Part shown: one piece after another, positions 10,831 through 21,335 of the stretch
How positions within the stretch are numbered: the first letter of the stretch is position 1
How the letters are laid out: each line of letters opens with the position of its first letter
The notes under the pieces: generated by a model
What the model saw: only the letters and a program-made list of their open reading frames with translations
Told to the model about the DNA's origin: nothing
Database searches by the model: none
Program-made: the position numbers and the translations under genes
Origin: Lama guanicoe
Lineage: Eukaryota
DNA length: 64,000 nt
Reading direction: 5' to 3'
Assembly (NCBI GenBank): GCA_013239625.1
Contig: MU055600.1
Location: forward strand, 20,969,520 to 21,033,519

Positions 10831-12327
10831 CTGAACATTAAAAGCATTCATACTCTGGTAACAGCTCTTAACTTTACTTGCATTTTTCAGAGAAGGGCTG
10901 GGGTGCAGGAAGGAGGAAGACTTGAAGGAAGGGCTGAGGAGTTTCTGTAAATATCTGAAAATTTGGAGACTTTCCCCCATGCATGCTCATAACAGAAAGT
11001 AGAAAGGAACAGGGGAAGAAAGGGAGAGAAACCAAGTGTAGAAGAAGGAGAGTTAAAGAGATCACTCATTAGTCCCGGACTCTAATTCAGCGTCTGCTAC
11101 GGAGCATCTGCTGCGTGGAGGCCGCATCCCGGCTGGGACCAGCCTCCCCACTCACCTGAAGGCCACCCCGACACGAAGACTGCGGTTCCAATGCTCAGTC
11201 CTCTGGTACCTACCCGTGTCACTCTATTCTGAAACACTGTAACCTTGGTACTTTGGGTGGTTAAATACCATCATGTAGGCATTTTTAAAAACACTTGCCA
11301 CGTGCTACGCTGGGCACCTCTCCTCTACCTGGTGACCAGGGGTTCAACTCCTGCTATCTTAACAGGCACCTAGAGGCATGCGCTGCACCGAACATTCCCC
11401 ATCGAGCAAAGGAGTGCGCTTTTAACAAGTGTTCTGACCACATCTTCACTATGTTTCATCTAATCCAAGACGCACTGTCCTGTTATGCACCATGGAAAGG
11501 AAGAGCACTGCTCTTCTAGGCCCCTAGTTATCCAGTGACACGCTACTGACTGTGGGATGCACCCAGGTTCCCAAACGTGAGAATGTGGAAGAAAAGAAAC
11601 ACGTTTCACAGACGATGGTAGTTGAGACCTTCCTCCAACACGTTGTTTTCTTTCTCGTTCCTTGGTTTCCTTGGGACGGTGAACACATTTTCTTGGGTCT
11701 GCTGACCGGTTGTTCTCTAGAGCCAGTTGGGCTTCGGTCTACTCCCAGAGCCTCAGACGGCGTCTCCGTTAAGAAGAGAATGGAGTGCAGTGGCGGGGGG
11801 AGGTGGCCCTGGCCTGGTTCCCCAGCCTTGCCTGGAGAGACCCTGCCGCCTCTTGCTCTAGAGATGGAGTCCCTCTGCTCTCCTCCCCTGCCTTGCTCCT
11901 GGACCACATCCATCCTCCTAGGGCCTGAGCCTCTCCAAGAATCACTTACCTCTACTAGGAGGCCCTCAAGAGTAGTGGACGGGAACATCCCACCAGGAGT
12001 TTCCTCAGTCCTGGCCTTAGACTCTCCCGGATGGAGCAGCGTCTGAAGGCAAAGGGTGGAAGGCAATGGGGAGTTGGTAAGAAGTCACCACTGGTGGAAA
12101 AGCTACTCAGCCCTTTCCCTCTGGTTGTGGCAATTGTTCTTGGCCATTAACTCTCAGTCACTCAGGGAATTTTCAGGTGGAGCTAGAAGGATCTAGAAGC
12201 TACATGTATACTTATTTCACAGACCCCATCTAATGTCTGCCCGGAGAAACGGCTCCTTTCTAAGGGCCCTTCCAGTAACTACATTTATTGAGCATCTGAG
12301 AGGCACTGGGTATCGCCTTCTCAGCTG

Positions 12328-12757
12328 TGCTAGTCAGGACAGGCTGGGTTATGCTGCAGAGACAAGCACCCAGTTGTTGGTGACTTAAGCCAGTGAGAGT
12401 CCATGGGTCTTGTCACTGGCGGAGGGTCCAGCGTGGGCATCGCCATCAGGCGGCTCTGCTGGCCGGCTCTCCTCCGGGAGGCCACACAGGGGTCCAGCTC
12501 CTTCTTACTCAGCTTAGGCTCTGCTGGCCTCGAGAGCCTCACCGTCTCCCAGGCCTTAGAGCCCGTCAAGTGCTCCTCGGGGTCTTCTGCACCCAGCCAG
12601 CCAACCAGCAAGGGGTGCCTGGGGAGGGTCCAGGGGCCGGGCCTGCCAGTGGCAAATCTCACTTCCGCCACATTCCACTGGCCAGAGCTTGTCCCATGGC
12701 CCTGCTCAGGTATGAGGGCCATGCCCAGGAGGAGCCTGAAATGTGCAAGTGATCACT
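12328..12757 (-). mobile_element. MLT1 (ERVL-MaLR) solo LTR, K/L-like
   Basis: tagtcaggacaggctgggttatgctgcag terminus and tcacttccgccacattccactggccagagcttgtcccatggccc. Confidence 0.8.
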
Positions 12758-13043
12758 TACTGTTGCCTCTTCCTCTCCAAAAATGGCCTCCACTGGCAAG
12801 TGGCATGAAGATGCAAACTCAAAATAGTGTCCCCTTCCTTGTTGCGCCAGGGCCTAGAATCCACTGTGGGACAAAATTAAGTGAGCAACCAATAACAGAG
12901 CAACAAAACCCAAAGAGCAACACACACACGCTTGGCCGTTCACACCGCAAGCTGCTCTGAGACCCCACAGTGGCCCTGCTTCGTCACTCCTGAGAAGGGC
13001 AGGTTGCCCCAAAGAGGAGGGGCAGTCTGCAGAGGGGACAAGG

Positions 13044-13155
13044 GTCTGGAAGCCAAGGTCCTGGGTTCGAGCCCCACCCTCCCCGTTGTTGGCTGATGGT
13101 GTTAAGCGAGAGCCTTCCTGTCTCTGAGCGCCGGGACTCTCCTCAGTGGTAAAAC
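13044..13155 (+). mobile_element. MIR SINE fragment
   Basis: tctggaagccaaggtcctgggttcgagcccc is a MIR 5' B-box region. Confidence 0.55.
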
Positions 13156-13289
13156 TGCATAAACCAAAGTGGAGTTTTCTGATCTTACAACAGGATGCTG
13201 ACAAATCCTGGTGTATTCACGGAGTCCACAAGACAATAGTTTTGAAACCAGGACCAAAGCAGTGGACTAAGTAACACTGTGTAGGACTA

Positions 13290-13520
13290 ACTTAGTTTCC
13301 CGTTGCTGCTCTAACGAATTACGTGAGTGGCTGACAAGCTAACTGAATGGCTTAAAGCAACCCACTCTTATTCTCTTACAGCCCTGGAGGTCAGAATTCA
13401 GAAATGAATCTCATGGAGCTAAAATCAAAATATCAGCATGTCTGGCTCCTTCCGAAGCTGCCTTGCCTCTTCCAGCTTCTAGGGCTGCCGCATTCCTCTG
13501 CTCACCCCCTCTCGGTGTAC
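13290..13520 (-). mobile_element. MLT1 (C/D-like) LTR fragment
   Basis: tagtttcccgttgctgctctaacgaattac...tggcttaaagcaac...ttctcttacagccctggaggtcagaa...ttgcctcttccagcttctag. Confidence 0.85.
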
Positions 13521-13562
13521 CCTCCCACCTGCCAGCCTTTCTTAGGCCGAGAACAAATCTCC

Positions 13563-13760
13563 GGTGTGGTGGTGAAGAGGCTGGGCTCCTGGGCCCGTCT
13601 GCTTGCATTTAATTCAAGCTCTACCACGTGATACCATCCAACACTGGCTCTGTGACCTGGGAAAGCTGCTCTGCTTCTCTGTGCCTTGGTTTCCCCACCT
13701 GTGAATTGGGATATAATGGCAGCCACTTCAGAGAGCACTGTGAGGACTCGGTGAGTTGAC
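13563..13760 (+). mobile_element. MIR SINE
   Basis: gtggtgaagagg...tgtgacctgggaaag...ctctgtgccttggtttccccacctgtgaattggg...tgtgaggac. Confidence 0.85.
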
Positions 13761-13879
13761 ACCACCAATGGGAAGGGCATTTGAGGGCCCTGAGCATCCC
13801 CAGACCACAGGCCCCATGCACCCCTGTTCCCCCCGACCCACGCCAACCTCAGCAGAGACAACCACATCAGAGGCAAGCC

Positions 13880-14095
13880 ATCGCCTAAATGAACCAACTT
13901 CCAGATCAGTTTATTATCAAAACAGTATAAACATTGTTTGTATGCCCAATAAACAGTTCCTCAGCTCTGCAAAGTGAAATATTCCTTTCATTATGAAACT
14001 GAGAAGCCATTTATCCCGCGTCCTAAGTGGTGTAAATAGACCGCGTGGCAGTCAGCGGAGGGATAATGGCACTGTTTATTTTCACTAGCTCAGGA
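13880..14095. promoter_or_regulatory. Putative forkhead-rich enhancer
   Basis: Five RYAAAYA matches between 13927 and 14079 in a unique AT-rich island. Confidence 0.55.
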
Positions 14096-15197
14096 TGGGC
14101 TGACACAGCGTGTACCCGGGGCGCGAGCGGGGCTCCTGGAAGGGGACCCGCAAATCCGTCACTCCCGCCAAGAACAAGGTGCCGGGCATCTGTCGTCAGG
14201 CTCCGCGTGCCAGGTGCAGGCAGGCGGGGGATGTCGGGATTCCACCTGGCACCTGGAGGAGCCAGCTCCGCGCTGCAGCTGAGAGAGGTCCCCGCGGAGG
14301 GGGGAGCTGGTGGACCTGGGCGCCCGATGACCCCCCCACCTCGCTGCTCAAGATCGCCGTCGCACAGGGCCTCAGGCATGAGCCTGCAAGCGACCTCGCA
14401 GCGCAGGAAGCTGCCCACCCCAGTGAGTGTGGCAGGACCAGACGCCGAGGCTGAGAACGGGGTCCAGGGTCAGGCTCCGCTCTCTCAAACATGGGGTATC
14501 GGGCAAGTCCTTGGCTCCCTGCCCCCTGTCCACTTGTTTCTGCAGCGGGGACGTGACTGAATGGAGCGTGTGTAGGTGTTCAGCTTTGTGCAAGCTCATG
14601 CCCTGATTTTTCTGGAGAGGAAACAGAATTCCATAGACAGAAGGTCAGTGGCTCGTGGGCGATTCCAGATCAGACCTAGGTCTCCTGGCTCCTGGTCATG
14701 AGTTCTTCCCACCAGTGCGTTCCTCGGATTAAACATCATCTCTGGAAAGGCAGCGCCACTGTCTCTACATGCACTGCGTGCCTCCAGGGCGTGGGGGCGG
14801 CTATTTCCATGGATGGCGCCCACCAGGGTGGTGGGCACACTTCCTGCACAGCTGGAGGGGGTGGTCTCCATGGGCTGAAGGCCTCAGCTCGGAACAAATG
14901 TGTTTCTAAGGAACAGAGGACACCTTGGCCCACTGACACTTCGGTACAGATTAATTTTATTCCCTCCCTGGCAGAACATAGCAATCAACAGAGTTGGAAC
15001 CTGAGACACTGTGTTACTTTGGAGTTTCAGGATTAGAAGGACCAGGACTTGGGACACAGCCTGGGTTGAAGGCTCTGCATCACTGGGGGGCGGGTATGTT
15101 GACCCCATGAGCACCTAAGATAAGGAAGGGGAGATGGGAGAACCCTCAGTTGGAAGGGATGAATGTGGATGCTGGACGGGAGCCTTTCCCTGAAGAA

Positions 15198-15272
15198 GGC
15201 CATGATGAGTCACTTCATCTCTTTGAGACTCACTCTTTTCATCTCTACAATGGGCATAATAATATCTCACAA
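15198..15272 (+). mobile_element. MIR core fragment
   Basis: agtcacttcatctctttgagactcactcttttcatctctacaatgggcataataata. Confidence 0.65.
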
Positions 15273-16029
15273 TTCCGAAGAGCAGAGGCTAGACCGGAAG
15301 ATCCTCACAGGGCTGTGCCAGCCCCAGAGTCTCCGCTGGGCTGAGTCAGTCCTGTGAGGCGGGTGGGAAGCTGTATGCGTGTTTAGGATTCTTCCCCACT
15401 AGAGTGGCCGGGAGCCCCTGGTTGGGTGGGGAATGAGGGAGCCGAAGGCTGCTGGGGCGCAGGCAGGGTCTGGCGGGAAGTGACCAGAACAGAGGGCTTG
15501 GGCCCTTTCGCTGAGCGGAGAACCAAGGTTTCAGCCGTTGACATGAGGGCAGGGAGATGGGGCCGTGCCTGGGTCCGACCTGAGGGTCTGGGTGTGTGTG
15601 TGGCGGAGGAGGTGCCCGGGTGGGCTTGGCCCCACAAAGGGCTGGGAGAGGGTTCAGGAAAGGATGCACAGAGCGAGTGTGAAGCCCTCCGGGTGCAGGC
15701 CACCTGCTGTCCCCAGCGTCGGTCAGGCCCGGGCAGAGGCTGGAATCGCTCCACGTGTTCCAAGCAGATTTAAGGCAAGGAGTGGGTTACAAGGGGCGAA
15801 AAGATCAGAGGGAAAAAGGAAGTGAAGCTCCTTACCCTTCCACCGGGGGCTGCTCCCGTGCGGGGGCTGAGGCCCTCAGCCCTGTGCAGCCCAGCTGCCC
15901 TGCCGGGCGCAGCCCCCCAGTGGGCACCTGGAGCTGCTCTTCTGCAGATGTGCTGGGACCGCCTCTGACCTGCTGCAACCCCCGGACCCCGGCTGCCCCG
16001 GCGCACAGCCCCGCCGCTGCTGGAGGCAC

Positions 16030-16206
16030 TGGATGGCAGCAGACAAAGGCTTTCTCCCTCTTCCCTGCCTTCCAGTCTCCTGCAAGTACTTCCTATGGGC
16101 TGAACCTCATGGGAAGCCAGCAGGCAAGGGAGTCTGGGAAATGTAGTTTGCAGGGATAGTCCTGGGGAAGGCGGCAGGAGGGGAGAGTGTGACACTGAGG
16201 GCCAAC
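16030..16206. mobile_element. Old ERVL-type LTR fragment (LTR33-like; subfamily uncertain)
   Basis: ccttccagtctcctgcaagtacttcctatgggctgaacc...gaagccagcaggcaagggagtctgggaaatgtagtttgcag is characteristic of this LTR group. Confidence 0.6.
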
Positions 16207-16299
16207 CTGCATTATCTGGAGCAACCCGCGGCCACCGGATACATCATCCGAGGTGAAAGTTTACTCTGGATCCTTCTAACCACTTTTTTTTGTGGTGGG

Positions 16300-16410
16300 T
16301 TTTATCCTGTCCATTTTAGGCATGAGGCTCAGAGAGGTTCACTACAATGCCCGGGGTCACACAACCAGCAAGTAGCAGAGCTGAGGTCTGAGCCCTGAGC
16401 GTCTGCTCCT
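16300..16410 (-). mobile_element. MIR SINE
   Basis: tgaggctcagagaggtt...gcccggggtcacacaaccagcaagtagcagagctgagg. Confidence 0.8.
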
Positions 16411-17703
16411 TTATGCTTGGGGCACTGCTGGTCACTGGGTTCAGCTGAGCCAGGGCTTTGAACAGGTGGCCGCTCCCAGCAGGAACCAGGGATTTGGGCG
16501 GAAGCCAGAAAGCCAGGTGAGGCTCGCTAAGTGGGAGGTAGGGTGGGGGAGGCTCAAGCCCACGCGGTCCCCTGGGGCTGAGTTCGCCAGCAGGCTGCCG
16601 GGCTCGGGAGCAGTGGGTGTGCCCGCTCCCGTCCGGTGTGGAAGGCAGTGCTACCCCACTCTTGAGCCAGTGTTTTACTGCCCAGAGTCGGGTGGGGGAG
16701 ATGGGGCCTGACCACTGCCCACATTTGGGGGGGGGAGCTGTGTGACCACGGCAGCGTGCCAGAGCAGAGCAGTCATGGGTCCGAGAAGCCTGGGGCAGCC
16801 TTGGCTCTTTGCTCCTCCAATGTGGAGGAGGTGTAGGGATCCAGGGACCGACCGCAACTGGATGGAGAGAATGCCCCGGTGCGTGGCACTCTGGAGCCGG
16901 GGCCACACGGTCCCACACCCGGCATCACTCTGGCTGACGGTGGCAGGGCAGTCAGTGTGGCAGCGAGGTTGGTGGACCAAAATCCAGAGGCCGGGGCTGG
17001 CGTTCCAGCTGTCATCCCCTCACTGAGCCAGCGTAGGCAGATCACAGTCACTTCTGCGATTCTGCCGAGAAGTGGTTGCAAATACCACCTGTAAGGAATA
17101 GGAAAGACCCTCAGGGGAGGCCGTGGCCACTTGGGGGCGGCACTGAGCGCCCTTTCCTCCTCCATCCGGAACGCTGCAGCTTTTCCAACAGTCTATTTCC
17201 TTGCCCCTTTCTCGAAGTCCCCCAGCTTGGCCTTCTTTGCTCCTTGTTGGCTAACTTTGGCTTTATCGGAACCACTGAAGGGGCCTTGAGGCTTAAGTCG
17301 ACGCCATGGCTGGGGAATCTGGGGACGAGAGACGGGGTGGGGCTTGGTTCTGGCCGCACAGTTGCTGTGGACAGTGGAACTTGGAGGCCAGGGCTCCTGA
17401 CCTCCCATCTAATACTCTTCTCAGCGAAGCCCTTGGGAAGATCCCTGGCTCCCAGGAAGACTCTTACGTTGGAATAAATAAGCCTCATTGGGATGACTTG
17501 GGAGAAGCAGGTTTGACTTCAGCCTCCCAAGACTGTCGGCTCAGTCTCCTCTCCCCTCACACTCCCAGTGTGTTCTCACCTGCCGCCTTCCCACCCAGAT
17601 CAGGTATCTATTGCCGAAGAAGGCCGCGCAAGAACCACCCCAAAGCTCAGCGACCCAGGATGACAGTTGATCCGGCTCGCACTTGTGCTGGTGAGCCCTG
17701 CTG

Positions 17704-17791
17704 CGTGTGCTTGAACGCATGGCTGTGCTCTGGCGCCGGGGGGGGCGACGTGTGCTTGAACGCATGTCTGTGCTCTGGCGCCGGGGGGGCG
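17704..17791. repeat. Near-perfect 45-bp tandem duplication (2 copies)
   Basis: cgtgtgcttgaacgcatg[g/t]ctgtgctctggcgccG(8/7)cg starts at 17704 and again at 17749. Confidence 0.95.
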
Positions 17792-18209
17792 GGGGGGAAG
17801 GACTGGGGGCTGGTGGGTCCTTGATGGCTGTGCCGGCACACCTGCTGGCCGTCTAGCTGTCAGCAGCAGTGCCTCGGTTTTTCTTGTGGATTCTAATCCT
17901 CCTGGAGGCGGCTCGAGCGTGTTCATGGGGCAGCGGGGCTGGAAGAACAGCGTGAGCTGAAGCCGCAAGGTCCCTTGAGGCTTAGAACTGGCTCACTGTC
18001 ACTTCCACTGCGTGCTATTGAGGGAAGCAAGTCACAGCAGGTCCAGGTGCAAAGGCGGCCAGTGGGCGGAGCCTCAGTGCCTCCCCCTCCTTGGTGACCT
18101 GCCACATCTCCACAGATGGAACGACTGCCCCGTCCCAGGGCAGACACTGCAGTGGCTCGCTGCGCTATCTGCTCTGCCCTCCTTCCTTGGTCATGGAACC
18201 CTGACCTTC

Positions 18210-18549
18210 GTCTGGGCTCAGCATCACGACTACGTTTCCCAGACTTCCCCGAAGCTGGGACAGACAACATAACCAGATCTGGCCAATGAGTTGGTAGGAG
18301 AACCTGGCATACCTCCTTTGTCCCTTTCTCTTTTTCTTCTGTCTGCTAGCTGCATGGGTTCTGGATGCAGTGGCTGGAGCGTGAGCAGCCACATGATCCC
18401 ATCAGGTTAGGCAGTAAGATGGCAGAGAAGCACTGAGGTTCCTGGTGAATTAACGTCTTTTGTGTAAGAGGAAAACAAACTTGTGTCTCCTTGAAGCCAT
18501 TGTTATTCTGATGTTTTTGTTACTCACAGTTGAACTTGATCCTGTTAAT
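18210..18549 (+). mobile_element. MLT1 (J-like) LTR
   Basis: 3' end aaacttgtgtctccttgaagccattgttattctgatgtttttgttactcacagttgaacttgatcct. The 5' boundary is approximate. Confidence 0.65.
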
Positions 18550-18671
18550 GGACTTTCCTCCAAGTACTGACTGCTTTTCACCTTCTTTCTATTTCTTATA
18601 ATTGCCCCCGTCTTACAAAGCGCTCTAAGACCACACTCACCTCCACTTTTCCGGATTCCTAGATTGGGTAC

Positions 18672-18910
18672 TCAGGGAAGGCCTCTTTGAAGAGACGGAG
18701 CTTGCAGCGAGGAGAAACCAGGCAGGTGCTGTAAAGCACGCTCCTGCCAGGGGAACATCATGTGCAAAGGCCCTGAGGTGAAAAAGACATGTGAGTATTT
18801 GAGGAGATGAAAGAAGGCCCCTGTGAATGGAAAGCAAGGAGGGAAGGGAAGAAGAGGGCAGACAGTAAGCCAGACCACACAGGCACCATGTGGAAAACAG
18901 GAGGTTTTAG
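18672..18910 (-). mobile_element. L2 LINE fragment
   Basis: tcagggaaggcctctttga...gggaacatcatgtgcaaaggccctgaggtg...gaaggcc. Confidence 0.85.
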
Positions 18911-18927
18911 GCACCATTATGTTCTGA

Positions 18928-19392
18928 TGGTTAGGACGAGGTTCTCCTGCCTGTAGTGGCAAACCTGTGTCAGTGACCTACACAGCCACGAGGAAGGCAG
19001 TCCAGGGTGCGCACGGAGGCTCCAGGATGTCATTAGGGATCCAGGCTCTGTTAGCTCTCTGCTCCACAATCCTTATCAGGTGGCCCTATTCTCAAGTCTC
19101 CTCATGGCCCAAGATGGCTGCTGGAGCTCCAATCACATCCATACCAGGCACGAGAAGGGAGGTGGAGGAGGCCTCCGGGTTGACTCAATCCCCTGTAAAG
19201 AGCTTCAAGGAAGCCCTTCTGAGTGGCTTCCTCTGACGTCTCGTTGGCTACCCTTGGCTGCAGGGCAGCCTGGGAAATGTAGTCACCCGGGAGCCATTAG
19301 GCATGCACATTCCCAGCCTATATAAATCGGAGTTCTGCTGGAGGAAAGAAGGGGAGACGGTGTGTGCTAGGTAACAAGAAGCCTTTGCCAGA
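18928..19392 (-). mobile_element. MLT1 (J-like) solo LTR
   Basis: agggatccaggctc...catggcccaagatggctgctggagctcca...gctgcagggcagcctgggaaatgtagtc. Confidence 0.8.
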
Positions 19393-19424
19393 ACTGGGTT
19401 CACACGAGACATTTATTAAAAGCC

Positions 19425-19732
19425 TGTTTGTCCTATAGCTACACGCAACGTGGACGAGTCCAGCAGACATAAGGGTGAGTGAATGAAGCCAGAATTGAAG
19501 ACTGCTCTATGATTCCAGACGAACCTAGTCGACGGTGATGACAGTCAGCAAAAGGGCGATTCCTGGGCCTCGGTGCCCAGGAGGAGGCATTAGGGAGCTT
19601 TCTGGGAAGCTGGAAACACTCCAGTTCTTGATCCGGTGGAGGTTATGAGGTGGATACCAGCATAGAAGTTAGTGAGGTATCTGCTTCACACTTGTGCTCT
19701 TACTGCACATTCCTTGTAACAAACTTCGATTT
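19425..19732 (+). mobile_element. L1M (ME/MC-type) 3' end fragment
   Basis: acacgcaacgtggacgagtc...gaagccaga...tatgattcc...gggagctttctgggaagctggaaacactccagttcttgatc. Confidence 0.75.
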
Positions 19733-19744
19733 AGCCCTTTCATT

Positions 19745-19990
19745 GTAACAGGCGCTGTGTGCTGGGAGTAGAGAGAGAAAGACACCATGAACCCCGTCCG
19801 CAATGCAGCCTTGTCCTGGAAATGACAGTGTTGAGGGAACAAAGACAGCCGGAAGGAAGAGGAGTTTGACCTTGTGGGAGCAAACCTGGGAAGCCTTCCT
19901 GGAGGAGATGATACTCTAACCCGAATGTTGAAAATGAATGGGAATTTGCTACTGGCTGGAAGTGGCTGGGCAGGGAGGAGGTGGTAGAGA
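19745..19990 (-). mobile_element. L2 LINE fragment
   Basis: gggaagccttcctggaggagatgatactctaacccgaatgttgaaaatgaatgggaatt. Confidence 0.7.
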
Positions 19991-20239
19991 GGATGGTGGT
20001 GTGTGCATGCAGCTGCGAAGGCTGAGTGACTGCCGGGAGTGGGATGGGAGGGAGCAGCGAGCCCAACGCCGTGGAGTGGTCCTCTTGCAATGCTGGCATC
20101 TGTCTGCCTGGGGAGAGTGGGGACCTTGGGGGCTGCTGGGCCGGCGGCCTGTACCACATGGCTGGGCAGGCCGGCCGCTGGGAAGCCCTCTTCCTTCCCT
20201 CCATCCCTCTCCCCTCCTCTCTGCTGCTCACAACGTGGT

Positions 20240-20460
20240 CCTGAAATGACACCAAGAGCAGCTGCTTAAGCAATTTTGCCAATTAATGGGTCTCTGAAAT
20301 TAAACCGCCTGCACAGCCTGGATGTGCCTCTCCGGGAGGAGTTTAGCAATTGTCTTCATGATAATCAGGCTTGACTCGCCTTCGCGCACATTAATAAAAA
20401 AGCGAAGGCGTCGGGAGAGATGCCCTTTCGAGGGGAGTATCGACAATATCGTAATGAGGC
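20240..20460. promoter_or_regulatory. Putative conserved non-coding element
   Basis: Unique island with CAATTAATG, AATTAA, TTAATAAAA and ACAAT motifs and retained CpGs. Confidence 0.5.
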
Positions 20461-21179
20461 CTGGGGAGGAGGATGCTGAGGCCTGGAGCTGCATGCTCAA
20501 AACGGGTCCCCTCTGCCAGCGAGAGCCGGCTCCGGCCGGAAGCAGCCAGGCTCACAGTGGAGAATATCAATGCTCGCAGCCAGGCAGGCCGGGCTGGTCT
20601 GCAGGAAGGAAAGCAGAGGGCAGGAGATGCTGGGGAGGAGCAGAAGGAGGGCCTCCTGGAGGAGCAGGCAGGGTGGTGGCAGTGGGAGGGCAAGCCGGCC
20701 AGCGTGAAGCACCAGGAGCAGGAGCGCCGGGCTGCTGCCAGCCCCCTGCCCCCACACTCAGCAAGGCCCAGGGACCCTGCGTCTTCATCCACAGACATCA
20801 TCCTGTGACGGCATGCCTTCCCCCACGCCAGAAGTGACCTCAGAATCCTCCACACCACATCCCCGACGCGACACTCCAAGTACACCCTCCCAGGTGGTGG
20901 GATCAGAACCAGAATTAGAGCCCACGTGCCATCCAGCCTGGGAATCTACACCTTTGCCCCCGCATTCAGCATCTTCCAGTCCCCCATGCTCTGCACCCTT
21001 TCCGCCATGCAGTCCCCTAGGGTTCCTCCCAATGGGCACTGTGTTGTCACAAGGATCAGAGGCTTAGGAGGTGAAGTTCTAACGGTGGGAACGCAGGAGT
21101 GGAGCACGGAGGTCCTCGAACTGCGACAGCCCCGGAGGGAAGGCAGCTAACAGCTTGCTGGCATCTACAGAATCAACCC

Positions 21180-21335
21180 CTTTTAACCTTTGCGTCAGTT
21201 CTCCTGAAAGGTGTGCCCTCTGTCTTGCGCAGGGGGATGTGAGGCTTGTGGAAAAGTTACACAATTTGCCCAAAGTTACATTGAGTAAGCGGCAGAGTTG
21301 GGACTGAAGCCCAGATCAGTGTGACTCTCAAGTCA
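21180..21335 (-). mobile_element. MIR SINE
   Basis: aatttgcccaaagttaca...gtaagcggcagagttgggactgaagcccagatcagtgtgactc. Confidence 0.75.

Noticed and set aside
11447-11492. Possible TcMar-Tc2 (MER104/Kanga-like) terminal sequence
   Set aside because: Only about 45 bp of weak similarity, and no second terminus found.
17704-17791. Direct repeats as a CRISPR-like array
   Set aside because: Only two adjacent copies with no spacer, in a mammalian context.
20473-20808. Charged E/Q/K-rich ORF that looks protein-like
   Set aside because: It comes from a purine-rich stretch, with no ATG start, no convincing splice sites and no recognisable family.
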